Below are positions 39,378 to 47,518 of a DNA stretch of 64,000 nucleotides, piece by piece. The position numbers and the translations under genes were made by a program. A model generated the notes under the pieces. The model did no database searches, had not been told where the DNA came from, and saw only the letters and a program-made list of their open reading frames with translations. The DNA lies in the IMG/VR virus record IMGVR_UViG_3300023174_006980, positions 12,720 to 76,719 of that record; one strand, written 5' to 3'. Source of the stretch: a virus. Position 1 is the stretch's first letter. Every line of letters begins with the position of its first letter.

Positions 39378-41306
39378 ATGTCAGGAATAAAACATTTAAG
39401 CGAAATATACAAAAAACAAGGATCACAATTTTTGGATGATCTTTTTGGAAGAGAGGTTACCGTTACAGAAAAACTAAACGGAATGTCATTCTCTTTTGAA
39501 AGAAGTTTATTGGATGGAACTATCTATTTTTATAAAAGGGATCAAAACAATCCCATATCTAAGATAGACAGAGTACTGATGCAACAGTATGATGATCCAA
39601 TCTACCATATAAAAAATCTTCCAGAATCTGTTTTAAGTGAAATTCCTGCCGGATGGAGATTTGGCATGGAATATTTTTATAGCAATAATCCAATCTCTAT
39701 AGCGTATCAAAGAACCCCTTTAAATGGACTGGTTCTTACACACATCTCTGTTAAGAATGAATTTGGAGATTTGGAGAGAACCATAGTTGATAAGGAGGAG
39801 CTTGATTACTGGGCGGATATGATAGGAGTGGAAGGACCCCCTATTATTTTTCAAGGTGAACTAACGGATGAGCAAAAAGTTGCTATTAATGATTTTGTGA
39901 ACTCACCCAATGATACTCTAAAGAAGGATCACGGAACTTATAGTTTTGCAAAATATCTGATCACAGTTTTAAACCCTAAAATAGACAAATCATTTCTGAA
40001 TAATTCTTTAGATGAACCTATAGAAGGAGTGGTTTTTAGATTTGGTAAACTAGACGGAACTGGAGAGGCTTTCACAGCTAAAATATTGGACCCAATTTTT
40101 GATGATATCACAAAACAAAATAACCTTAAAAAAAGAAGTTATTTTCCTAGTGACATATATGGAATTACAATTTTAGATGTAATGAATTTTATACTTGATA
40201 AAGGAGTGGATTCGTTTGCGTATGAAGGAAGTGAACCATCTGATAGATACATCACTTATATTTGTTCCGTATTTAATCAATTTATAGAGAAGTACGGTGA
40301 GAGGTATTTGGGATTAGACTTCCAGGAGCCAGACTATTTAAAATCTGAAAAATCATCATTTAATTTGGATTTAATACCTGATGAGGAAACTAAGAAGATA
40401 ATCTCTGATGATGAAAGCTATAAATCTTTTTTTAAACTTATTCTTTCTGCATTTAGAAAGATCAAAAAGAAGGAAGGCGGATTTTTCACTAAAGGAGCTA
40501 TAGATCAGTTTAATTTGCTTGTTAGAGAAATAACAGAATATCTTAATAGAGAAACCACTGTTACAGAATCAGCTATACCAACTTTCGATCAGTTTAGACA
40601 GGTTAAAAAAGTTTTTAAACCTATACCGGAAGAGGAGCCAGAAGAGGAGCCAGAAGAGGAGCCAGAAGAGGAATCAGAGGTTAAAAATGAAAAGCCAGTT
40701 GAGATCGAAAAGGATGAAGAAATTGAAAGCTCAGATGATGCTGAGCTAGATCCTATAAGATCTGCAGTAATCTCTCACGATCTTGCACAACAGACGGAGG
40801 GAGATCCAGTTAATCTTGTAATAGGAAAATTTAATCCATTTCATAATGGCCACTATAAATTAATAAAAAAAGCAAAGGACCATAATGGATTGCCTGTTGT
40901 TGTTTTTGTTATTAATCAAGGTAAAGGATTCTTAGATAATGATATGATGACTAAGATGATGGATTTAGTTTCCTCCGAGATGCAAGATTCCATTAAATCC
41001 GTTAAATTTGTAGATAATGATCTTTTATCAACAGTTGTGGATAATCTTGATGATGACTGTATCCCAAAGACCTTAACAGTTGGGAAAAAAAGATTGGACA
41101 ATTATCTACTACAAAGTAGATCACTTAAGAAAAAGAATAAGATACCAAAAGAATTTTTGATACAGACAGCTCCAGATTGGGTTACCTCAAATCAGGTTAA
41201 AACCATATTAGATAATGAGGATTATTTAGATTTTAAGAAAAATGTGCCTAAATCAATATATCCACTCTGGGAAGAAATAAGAAGGTCTTACACTAAGAAA
41301 AAATAA
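39378..41306 (+). CDS. Fusion of ATP-dependent (RNA) ligase-like nucleotidyltransferase and HIGH-superfamily cytidylyl/adenylyltransferase-like domain
   Basis: TEKLNG (motif I), FGMEY (III), IEGVVFR (IV), FTAK (V); acidic linker; GKFNPFHNGH HIGH motif. Confidence 0.65.
   Translation: MSGIKHLSEIYKKQGSQFLDDLFGREVTVTEKLNGMSFSFERSLLDGTIYFYKRDQNNPISKIDRVLMQQYDDPIYHIKNLPESVLSEIPAGWRFGMEYFYSNNPISIAYQRTPLNGLVLTHISVKNEFGDLERTIVDKEELDYWADMIGVEGPPIIFQGELTDEQKVAINDFVNSPNDTLKKDHGTYSFAKYLITVLNPKIDKSFLNNSLDEPIEGVVFRFGKLDGTGEAFTAKILDPIFDDITKQNNLKKRSYFPSDIYGITILDVMNFILDKGVDSFAYEGSEPSDRYITYICSVFNQFIEKYGERYLGLDFQEPDYLKSEKSSFNLDLIPDEETKKIISDDESYKSFFKLILSAFRKIKKKEGGFFTKGAIDQFNLLVREITEYLNRETTVTESAIPTFDQFRQVKKVFKPIPEEEPEEEPEEEPEEESEVKNEKPVEIEKDEEIESSDDAELDPIRSAVISHDLAQQTEGDPVNLVIGKFNPFHNGHYKLIKKAKDHNGLPVVVFVINQGKGFLDNDMMTKMMDLVSSEMQDSIKSVKFVDNDLLSTVVDNLDDDCIPKTLTVGKKRLDNYLLQSRSLKKKNKIPKEFLIQTAPDWVTSNQVKTILDNEDYLDFKKNVPKSIYPLWEEIRRSYTKKK
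40629..40673 (+). repeat. 12-bp coding tandem repeat (GAAGAGGAGCCA) x3 plus partial copy, encoding (EEEP)n
   Basis: Directly visible. Confidence 0.9.
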
Positions 41307-41309
41307 TTT

Positions 41310-41335
41310 AAACCCCTAATAAAATAGGGGTTTTT
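41310..41335 (+). terminator. Rho-independent terminator
   Basis: AAACCCCTA-ataaaa-TAGGGGTTT followed by T tract, just after stop 41306. Confidence 0.8.
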
Positions 41336-41356
41336 CTTGAGTACTATTTTTGTTTT

Positions 41357-41365
41357 GAATATATA
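41357..41365 (+). promoter_or_regulatory. Variant late promoter GAATATATA
   Basis: After the terminator and 12 nt before ATG 41378. Confidence 0.5.
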
Positions 41366-41377
41366 AAGAAAAAACTA

Positions 41378-41917
41378 ATGAAGTTTATAAAGAATTTTTC
41401 AAATTATTTGGTTAATGAAAAAGCTGGATATGGTAACGACTATTTTGTAGAGAAGAAAGTAGATAAGTCGCTTTATTATTTCTTTAAAGCTGGCTCTGGT
41501 GATGAAGTTGAGGGAATAATAATAAAGATAGGAAAGTTTTCAAAAAATTCTGTTATATCAGATGCTGAGAAAACATATTGCGTAGTACATATAGAACAAA
41601 TAGATCCTAACGATCTGGATGATTACTTAGTCAACGACAGTGAGTACAAATCTAATGAGGATGAGAAATTCACAATTTCTAGAGATCTTTTAAATGAAAC
41701 ATTCTCTATATACAAAAAAGCATTGGATGATTATTTATCTAAAAATCCTAAGGTAACAAAGATCTATGACGAGATCCTTGAAAATCTAGAAATGCCTATT
41801 GATGATTATAGGGAGTACATAGAGCAAGTAGTAAAATCTTGGTCTAAAAGAAGATGGAAAATACAGGACGGGCCATCACAAAATGTCCTAATCTACACCA
41901 AAGTATCTCATGGATAA
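41378..41917 (+). CDS. Hypothetical late protein with MKFIKNFSNYLVNE leader
   Basis: 179 aa ORF. Confidence 0.6.
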   Translation: MKFIKNFSNYLVNEKAGYGNDYFVEKKVDKSLYYFFKAGSGDEVEGIIIKIGKFSKNSVISDAEKTYCVVHIEQIDPNDLDDYLVNDSEYKSNEDEKFTISRDLLNETFSIYKKALDDYLSKNPKVTKIYDEILENLEMPIDDYREYIEQVVKSWSKRRWKIQDGPSQNVLIYTKVSHG

Positions 41918-42230
41918 TTTAAAAAGATATAGCCAGTTTGTTAATGAGTCTCTGACACCTGTAATGTACATGAGTGTTAAGAATGAGCTTAAAAATTCGG
42001 TTGTTAAGTTTCTTTATGAAAAGGGGCAGGCAACAAGGAAAGAGATATTTGAATTTAGTGCAACGCTTGGGGAAAGTGGAGCATCTATAGATAGAAGATG
42101 GATGTCTAGAAATAAGCAATTAATTAAATGCCTAGTTTCAGAGGATGGCCCTAATCAATATGTGCTTACTAGATTAGGTAAGAGATTTGCAAAAAACCTC
42201 ATTGTAAACGAAACAAAAAAGGCTAAATAG
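41910..42230 (+). CDS. Hypothetical protein with MDNLKRYSQFVNES leader; possible winged-helix
   Basis: 106 aa; VKFLYEKGQATRKEI...YVLTRLGKRFA resembles a wHTH. Confidence 0.55.
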   Translation: MDNLKRYSQFVNESLTPVMYMSVKNELKNSVVKFLYEKGQATRKEIFEFSATLGESGASIDRRWMSRNKQLIKCLVSEDGPNQYVLTRLGKRFAKNLIVNETKKAK

Positions 42231-42251
42231 ATATAATAAATAAATATTTTT

Positions 42252-42434
42252 ATGGAAAATTACGAAAAATTAGTTGCATTAGTTGAGTCTATGAAAGAAA
42301 ACATCGATAAGTTTTTTGTTAAAGGAAACAAATCGGCAGGAACTAGAGTTAGAACTCAATGTCAAGATTTAAAGAAATTAGCTCAAGAACTTCGTTTGGA
42401 TGTTCAGAATTCTAAAAAAGAGGCGGGGGAATAA
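42252..42434 (+). CDS. Histone H1-like protein Hc1 family (short Bacteroidota type)
   Basis: 60 aa; KFFVKGNKSAGTRVRTQCQDLKKLAQELR. Confidence 0.8.
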   Translation: MENYEKLVALVESMKENIDKFFVKGNKSAGTRVRTQCQDLKKLAQELRLDVQNSKKEAGE

Positions 42435-42482
42435 GAATTATCTCCTGTTATTGAAACAAGTGCCTTTTCCAACACTTTAATG

Positions 42483-42490
42483 GATATATA
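42483..42490 (+). promoter_or_regulatory. GATATATA putative late promoter
   Basis: tgGATATATAaaatattaatttATG. Confidence 0.6.
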
Positions 42491-42502
42491 AAATATTAAT
42501 TT

Positions 42503-42718
42503 ATGGCTTATTATCAATGCAAAGTTACTTTTGACTCAGGTGAGGTCAACAAGCAAGGAAAGGCAGTTATCACCAAAACAGTTATGTTAGTTGAAGCTAC
42601 AGGTGTTACCGAAGCTGAAGCTAGAGTGGCTAATCACTTAAAGTCCGATATAATGGATTTCGAAGTGACTTCAGTTTCACTCTCCAACATAGAATCTGTT
42701 TTGCAAGAAAGAGATTAA
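42503..42718 (+). CDS. DUF4494-like small protein
   Basis: YYQCKV...LVEATGVTEAEARV...FEVTSVSLSNIESV matches the N-terminal unit of the Bacteroidota DUF4494 family. Confidence 0.65.
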   Translation: MAYYQCKVTFDSGEVNKQGKAVITKTVMLVEATGVTEAEARVANHLKSDIMDFEVTSVSLSNIESVLQERD

Positions 42719-42720
42719 CT

Positions 42721-42921
42721 ATGAAACCAAAAAAGTCTCCTGTAAAAGAATCTAAAAAAGAAGGCGGATCTGCTGATATGTCAAATTATGAGGTACCAGA
42801 CAGCCCTGTTAAAATACCAGATAACGACACTGGATTTGCTCTTGTTAAGAAAAATTACAGGAGATTTATTTGGACAATGGATGAGCATTCAAAGAAAAGG
42901 GTTTCAGGAAAGGATAAATAG
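42721..42921 (+). CDS. Small hypothetical protein
   Basis: 66 aa, coupled in operon. Confidence 0.55.
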   Translation: MKPKKSPVKESKKEGGSADMSNYEVPDSPVKIPDNDTGFALVKKNYRRFIWTMDEHSKKRVSGKDK

Positions 42922-42933
42922 AAGAAAATATTT

Positions 42934-43284
42934 ATGCTAAACGAAAAGGCTGCTTCTAAAACCCAACAAAGACTATTCGGTCAGGCATACGGTGTTAAAG
43001 TTTTTAGAATAACCGATGGCAAAAAAGGTGTAGATCCCAAAGACATTAATCCCAGATATAAGAAAGAGATAATCAAATTATCCAATAGCATGTCCTTAGC
43101 CAAGCTAAAAGAGTTTGCCCATACCAAACATAAGGACTTACCTGAAGAGGTGAAAGAAGGCGTCCTAAAGGACATATACTATAAGTTAAGCCCAGAGGCA
43201 GAATACGAACCAGAAAGTGAAAAAGAAAGAAAAATGGGCAATCTTGCTGATTACAGAGAATATATAAAAAAGAATAAAAAATAA
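42934..43284 (+). CDS. DUF3008-like small basic protein
   Basis: AASKTQQRLFGQA...SMS...LKEFAHTKHKDLPEEV. Confidence 0.6.
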   Translation: MLNEKAASKTQQRLFGQAYGVKVFRITDGKKGVDPKDINPRYKKEIIKLSNSMSLAKLKEFAHTKHKDLPEEVKEGVLKDIYYKLSPEAEYEPESEKERKMGNLADYREYIKKNKK

Positions 43285-43290
43285 TCACAT

Positions 43291-43767
43291 ATGTCAGAAA
43301 AAATTAACGAAGACTGTGGATGTGGTGGTGCATCAAATCCAAATCCAATTCAATCACAACAAGCATTTCAAACCACAACAGATCCCAATGTGGGAAAGTT
43401 TGCAACCCTTGCGGATGGAAGAACAGGAACTATAAATGATTCTATCAGAAATTCAACTGGGCAGATTATAGGGTATGTCTTAAATAATGATAAAGGTGCT
43501 TTTAGAGTTTTTAAAGATAAGGTAACAAGAATCACAGAGAGCGAAGGTGCAATGGCTAGCTTGGAAGCAACACCTGGCATGGGCGAAGTAGCTCCTCCAA
43601 CAAGGACTAGCACAGGATCAGGTGATCAATTCCCAAGTCTAACTGCAGGAACCCCAGCAGCTAAAGGTAAAAAAGCTAAGACAAATAAAACATCAGATGA
43701 AAAGGTAGATAAAAAAGCCTTACTGAGTTGGAACGATTTTAAAAGTAAAATGACTAAATTTCAATAA
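43291..43767 (+). CDS. Hypothetical late protein
   Basis: 158 aa; INEDCGCG and ATPGMGEV...GSGD motifs. Confidence 0.6.
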   Translation: MSEKINEDCGCGGASNPNPIQSQQAFQTTTDPNVGKFATLADGRTGTINDSIRNSTGQIIGYVLNNDKGAFRVFKDKVTRITESEGAMASLEATPGMGEVAPPTRTSTGSGDQFPSLTAGTPAAKGKKAKTNKTSDEKVDKKALLSWNDFKSKMTKFQ

Positions 43768-43769
43768 CA

Positions 43770-43799
43770 AAAAAGCCAAATCCTAGGATTTGGCTTTTT
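43770..43799. terminator. Bidirectional terminator (perfect 30-bp palindrome)
   Basis: AAAAAGCCAAATCCT|AGGATTTGGCTTTTT between convergent genes. Confidence 0.85.
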
Positions 43800-43817
43800 A
43801 AATTGTGTGGTATTATT

Positions 43818-44210
43818 TTATAGTATTGTTCTATCAAAGAAAAATCTTACGCCGCCTCCATAAGGTGCATTAACAGTTTTATCCTTTGGTTGGTTTTCAA
43901 ATTCTGTAGCATTTTTTCCAAAATCATATGACATATCAGAACTTAGGTAGATAAGCATTAAATCCTGGTCTTTATATCGAAAAGCGACAAGATATTTACC
44001 CCAATTTTCCCCGTAATCGTCACCTCCACTATCCGGCTTAAGCACGTCTGTTCGTTTTATTTCATAGTCTTTAAATTGAAATAAATCTTTTAATTTATCC
44101 TCTAATGTATCAAAGGGTATATAATCCCTATTTAATTCTATCCAATCATCTAACTCTGCTATTTTATTCTCAATGTCTTGAAAATTTTCAAATAGTTTTA
44201 AATAGTTCAT
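43818..44210 (-). CDS. Acidic hypothetical protein with MNYLKLFENF leader
   Basis: 130 aa ORF. Confidence 0.6.
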   Translation of the reverse strand: MNYLKLFENFQDIENKIAELDDWIELNRDYIPFDTLEDKLKDLFQFKDYEIKRTDVLKPDSGGDDYGENWGKYLVAFRYKDQDLMLIYLSSDMSYDFGKNATEFENQPKDKTVNAPYGGGVRFFFDRTIL

Positions 44211-44211
44211 A

Positions 44212-44346
44212 TTATTTTTTCTTTTTATTATCCTTTACACAATTAGGAACTTTCTGGCCATCCTTCATTTTCATTCCTATCTGCTTGTAGCCTTTCCAGC
44301 AAGGATTCTTTTTCTCAAATAAAAATTGTTCGTAAGTTAGTATCAT
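44212..44346 (-). CDS. 44-aa protein with PCWKGY...VPNCV motif (missed by ORF track)
   Basis: MILTYEQFLFEKKNPCWKGYKQIGMKMKDGQKVPNCVKDNKKKK*; GATATATA 5 nt upstream; stop lies 1 nt before the next ATG. Confidence 0.75.
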   Translation of the reverse strand: MILTYEQFLFEKKNPCWKGYKQIGMKMKDGQKVPNCVKDNKKKK

Positions 44347-44351
44347 GTTAC

Positions 44352-44359
44352 TATATATC
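44352..44359 (-). promoter_or_regulatory. GATATATA putative late promoter
   Basis: TATATATC on + strand upstream of ATG 44346. Confidence 0.6.
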
Positions 44360-44424
44360 TATTGCCAAATGTAGGAATCATGCCTAAAATTTTCGACAGT
44401 ATTTCATCCGATGCTATTAACATA

Positions 44425-44464
44425 TGACAAAATGTCTTAATAAGTACGGAGGCATTCTTTTTGA
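44425..44464 (+). promoter_or_regulatory. Putative sigma54-type promoter (GG-N10-GA) with upstream TGACA-AAA-TGTC inverted repeat
   Basis: TGACAAAATGTC at 44425-44436; aGGCAttctttTTGAg with GG 44451-44452 and GA 44463-44464, 30 nt before hsp20. Confidence 0.45.
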
Positions 44465-44494
44465 GTCTCTATAGTTAATATAATAATATTTACT

Positions 44495-44842
44495 ATGATT
44501 AGAAGTTTATTTCCAAACCATGTTTTCGATCTTTACACAGATCTAGATTCACAATTAGAATCTTATCTTCCTGTAGAAAATGGAACACTTACTTTAGATG
44601 TTCCTGGCTTTTCAAAAAAAGACCTATCTCTTGAAATTGATAAGAGCCTAGGACTTTTATCTGTTATAGGGGAAAAAGAAATTAATGGAAAGAAAAGAAA
44701 AGTCAACAAATCTATAAGGCACCAAAAACTAAGAACTGTAGATCTTGATAAGGTTGAAGCAAAAGTTCAAGATGGTGTACTAACTGTCTTCATTAAAGAA
44801 TTAGAAATTAAAGAGACTAAAAGACAAATTTCTTTAAACTAG
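44495..44842 (+). CDS. hsp20: Small heat-shock protein (Hsp20/alpha-crystallin)
   Basis: LDVPGFSKKDLSLEI...LSVIGEK...VEAKVQDGVLTVFI. Confidence 0.85.
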   Translation: MIRSLFPNHVFDLYTDLDSQLESYLPVENGTLTLDVPGFSKKDLSLEIDKSLGLLSVIGEKEINGKKRKVNKSIRHQKLRTVDLDKVEAKVQDGVLTVFIKELEIKETKRQISLN

Positions 44843-44860
44843 TTTCTTTATATTTGGTGT

Positions 44861-45247
44861 GTGGAAAAGATTGATCTAATACAAACACATTATCTTGAGG
44901 ATCCCTGGAAAATCATGATTTCCTGCATCCTCCTAAACCAGACTACTAATATACAAGTTAGACCTGTTATTATAGATCTGTTCAATCGTTTTCCCACACC
45001 AAATTCTATTACAGAATCAGATGAATTCGAAATAGCAAGTATTATAAGAAGTACTGGGTTTCAAAATGTAAAAGCAAGAAGAATTATAGCTTTCACACAA
45101 AGCTGGAATTCAGGAGAAAGAAACCCTGAAAAATTTCCAGGAATTGGTCCATATGCTAGGGACTCTTGGAAAATCTTTGTTGAGGGTATTACTGATATAT
45201 TTCCCACTGACAAGAAGCTAAAAATCTATTTAGCTCAACTCCCTTAA
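44861..45247 (+). CDS. MBD4-like HhH-GPD DNA glycosylase (minimal)
   Basis: DPWKIMISCILLNQT, FPTP, HhH FPGIGPYARDSWKIF, catalytic-region PTDKKL; no 4Fe-4S Cys motif; GTG start. Confidence 0.75.
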   Translation: MEKIDLIQTHYLEDPWKIMISCILLNQTTNIQVRPVIIDLFNRFPTPNSITESDEFEIASIIRSTGFQNVKARRIIAFTQSWNSGERNPEKFPGIGPYARDSWKIFVEGITDIFPTDKKLKIYLAQLP

Positions 45248-45287
45248 TTTTTTAGAAATTTATTTTATTTGCTGTAATATAAATTAC

Positions 45288-46061
45288 ATGGATAAAAATA
45301 TTATTGTTGTGCAAAATGCTTATGAAGATATTACACATACTGCACAGAGCATATCATCAATTAGGGAAGCTGCACATAGATGGGGTGTTAATTTTTATGA
45401 AATAACACATAAACAATTTCCAAGATCCCCCTATCCTACAGGAAGAGATAGGTTTTGGACTTATGAGGAATTTAAAAGCTATGATAAGGTTTTAGCGCTT
45501 GATGCTGATATCATTATTAATTCTAAAGCCCCAAATATATTTGATGAGCTGACCGAAGATTATGATTTATGTGGGGTTCTTGATGGAAATCCTGGTGGTA
45601 GATTTAAGCATAATGATTCTTTTTTAAGAGATACATTATCTAGAAGAGCAGCTTTTATCTGTGACACAGAAAATGTCTTTAAAAATTGCATACCTAATTT
45701 TGATATAAATAAATATTGGGATAATTATATTAATACAGGGGTTGTACTTTTTAGACCCGAAAAAATTTATGATATAGCTCAAAAATTTAAGGATATAGTT
45801 CTAAATTCAGAGGAAATGCATTCATACTTTAATATCAAGAGTGGATCTTGGTTTTCTGATCAAAATATTTTTAACGGGTTAGTCTCAGTCTCTAATCTTA
45901 GATTAAAAATACTAGCTAATGAATGGAATTGGATACTTCCTGATATACAGGAGGAATGGAGAGATGATTTTTATCTTGGCCCGATGAAGCCTTGGATTTA
46001 TCATTTTTGCGGAACACCTAATTCTAAGGATGACTTAAGAACCTATGATCGGTGGAAATAA
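45288..46061 (+). CDS. Glycosyltransferase family 8-like
   Basis: LDADII (DxD), YINTGVVLF, DQNIFN, EWN, IYHFCG. Confidence 0.8.
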   Translation: MDKNIIVVQNAYEDITHTAQSISSIREAAHRWGVNFYEITHKQFPRSPYPTGRDRFWTYEEFKSYDKVLALDADIIINSKAPNIFDELTEDYDLCGVLDGNPGGRFKHNDSFLRDTLSRRAAFICDTENVFKNCIPNFDINKYWDNYINTGVVLFRPEKIYDIAQKFKDIVLNSEEMHSYFNIKSGSWFSDQNIFNGLVSVSNLRLKILANEWNWILPDIQEEWRDDFYLGPMKPWIYHFCGTPNSKDDLRTYDRWK

Positions 46062-46107
46062 AATAAATTGTTTGAAACAACACTAATCCTATTGCATAAA
46101 GATCTAT

Positions 46108-47517
46108 ATGATAATCGACATTGAAAATTTAGGGGAATCTTTAAAAGTATCCCATTACACGGAAGAAGGAGAAGTTGCTTACTTAAATCTTGAAATACCA
46201 AAATCAGAAAGGTACTCTTGGAGAAAATGTTCAGCATCCGATAGAGCCAGAGAAAAAGGATGGGCATCTTGGGACGGATTTCCTATAAAGAAACAGCAAG
46301 GATTAAAATATGACAAATATAGACTTGTTGAGATGCTTGAGATGTTTGATAAAGATGTAACTAAACCACTTTGGGAATCACAAACACCTAAGAAATATTT
46401 TGTTGATATAGAGGTTGAGATAACAGACAATCGAGCTGATTCACTAGATACATTAAGGGCTAATAATAAGATTCTAACCATAGCAATTGCCTCATCAACG
46501 GGCAAGATATTGGTAATGGGATTAGATAAAATGGATTCACCTAAAATATTAAATATAGAGAAAAGGGTGAATGATCATTTTAAGGATTTACCCTATGATC
46601 TAAAGTGGACATTTAATTATAAATCATTTGAGAGCGAATTTGATATGATCTATACTTTTATGTCTAAGCTCATGCATAAAATGCCATTAATCACAGGATG
46701 GAACTGGTTTGGATATGACTGGCCTTATATGCTTAATAGAGCAAAAAAATTAGGTATAGATCCTGCAATATCTTCTCCTAGCGGAATTCTTTTAGGAAAA
46801 ACCCAAATACCAATGCATGGTTTAATGGTGGATTATATTGAGATCTATAAAAAATGGGATAGGGTAATTAAAATAAGAGAATCAGATTCGCTTGATTATG
46901 TTTCCAAAGCTGCTAATGGAGTAGGTAAAATTCATTACAATGGAACTCTTAAAGATTTATATGAGTCAGATTTTGAGACATACATTTTCTATAACGCAAT
47001 AGATTCCTGTCTTGTTCATTATATAGATGAAAAATTAAATACCCTTGCAACATTTTTTAAAATAGCAAATGTAAGTGGGGTTGAAATAAACAGAGCACTT
47101 TCTCCTGTCTGGACAACTGAGGTTTTAATGGTAAGAAAATTCCTGGAGAGAAAAAGGATAATAACATACGATAAAAAGAATGAAGAGCACACTAAATTCG
47201 AAGGTGCATATGTTAAACAACCCATTAAAGGATTACATGAATGGATAGTATGCTTTGACTTTGCATCGCTTTATCCAAACACAATGATGCAGTGGGGAAT
47301 ATCACCAGAAGTTTTCATAGGAAAGAATTTATCAAACCCACCAGAGGGTGCAATAAAAACAGCAAGCGGCGCATACTTTCATTCAAAAGAAGGCAACCTT
47401 CCTATATTAAAAGACGTACTTACATCTTTATATGCTATGAGAAAATCAGCAAAGAAGAAGTATCAGGAATGTGAGAACAAAATAATTCAATTAGAAGAAA
47501 TATTAAAAAATAAATAA
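46108..47517 (+). CDS. 43: Family B DNA polymerase, N-terminal subunit only (exonuclease plus motif A; gp43A-like)
   Basis: Exo I FVDIEVE, Exo II TGWNWFGYDWPY, Exo III YNAIDS, FEGAYV, motif A FDFASLYPN. Ends in the first fingers helix; motifs B and C are absent. Confidence 0.85.
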   Translation: MIIDIENLGESLKVSHYTEEGEVAYLNLEIPKSERYSWRKCSASDRAREKGWASWDGFPIKKQQGLKYDKYRLVEMLEMFDKDVTKPLWESQTPKKYFVDIEVEITDNRADSLDTLRANNKILTIAIASSTGKILVMGLDKMDSPKILNIEKRVNDHFKDLPYDLKWTFNYKSFESEFDMIYTFMSKLMHKMPLITGWNWFGYDWPYMLNRAKKLGIDPAISSPSGILLGKTQIPMHGLMVDYIEIYKKWDRVIKIRESDSLDYVSKAANGVGKIHYNGTLKDLYESDFETYIFYNAIDSCLVHYIDEKLNTLATFFKIANVSGVEINRALSPVWTTEVLMVRKFLERKRIITYDKKNEEHTKFEGAYVKQPIKGLHEWIVCFDFASLYPNTMMQWGISPEVFIGKNLSNPPEGAIKTASGAYFHSKEGNLPILKDVLTSLYAMRKSAKKKYQECENKIIQLEEILKNK

Positions 47518-47518
47518 A

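Noticed and set aside
42422-42452. Hairpin at the end of the Hc1 gene as a terminator
   Set aside because: Imperfect stem relying on G-U pairs and no clear U-tract.
46108-47517. polB as a pseudogene or frameshift/readthrough product
   Set aside because: Catalytic motifs are intact, the ORF is tightly coupled to the dUTPase, and I saw no motif B/C remnant downstream.
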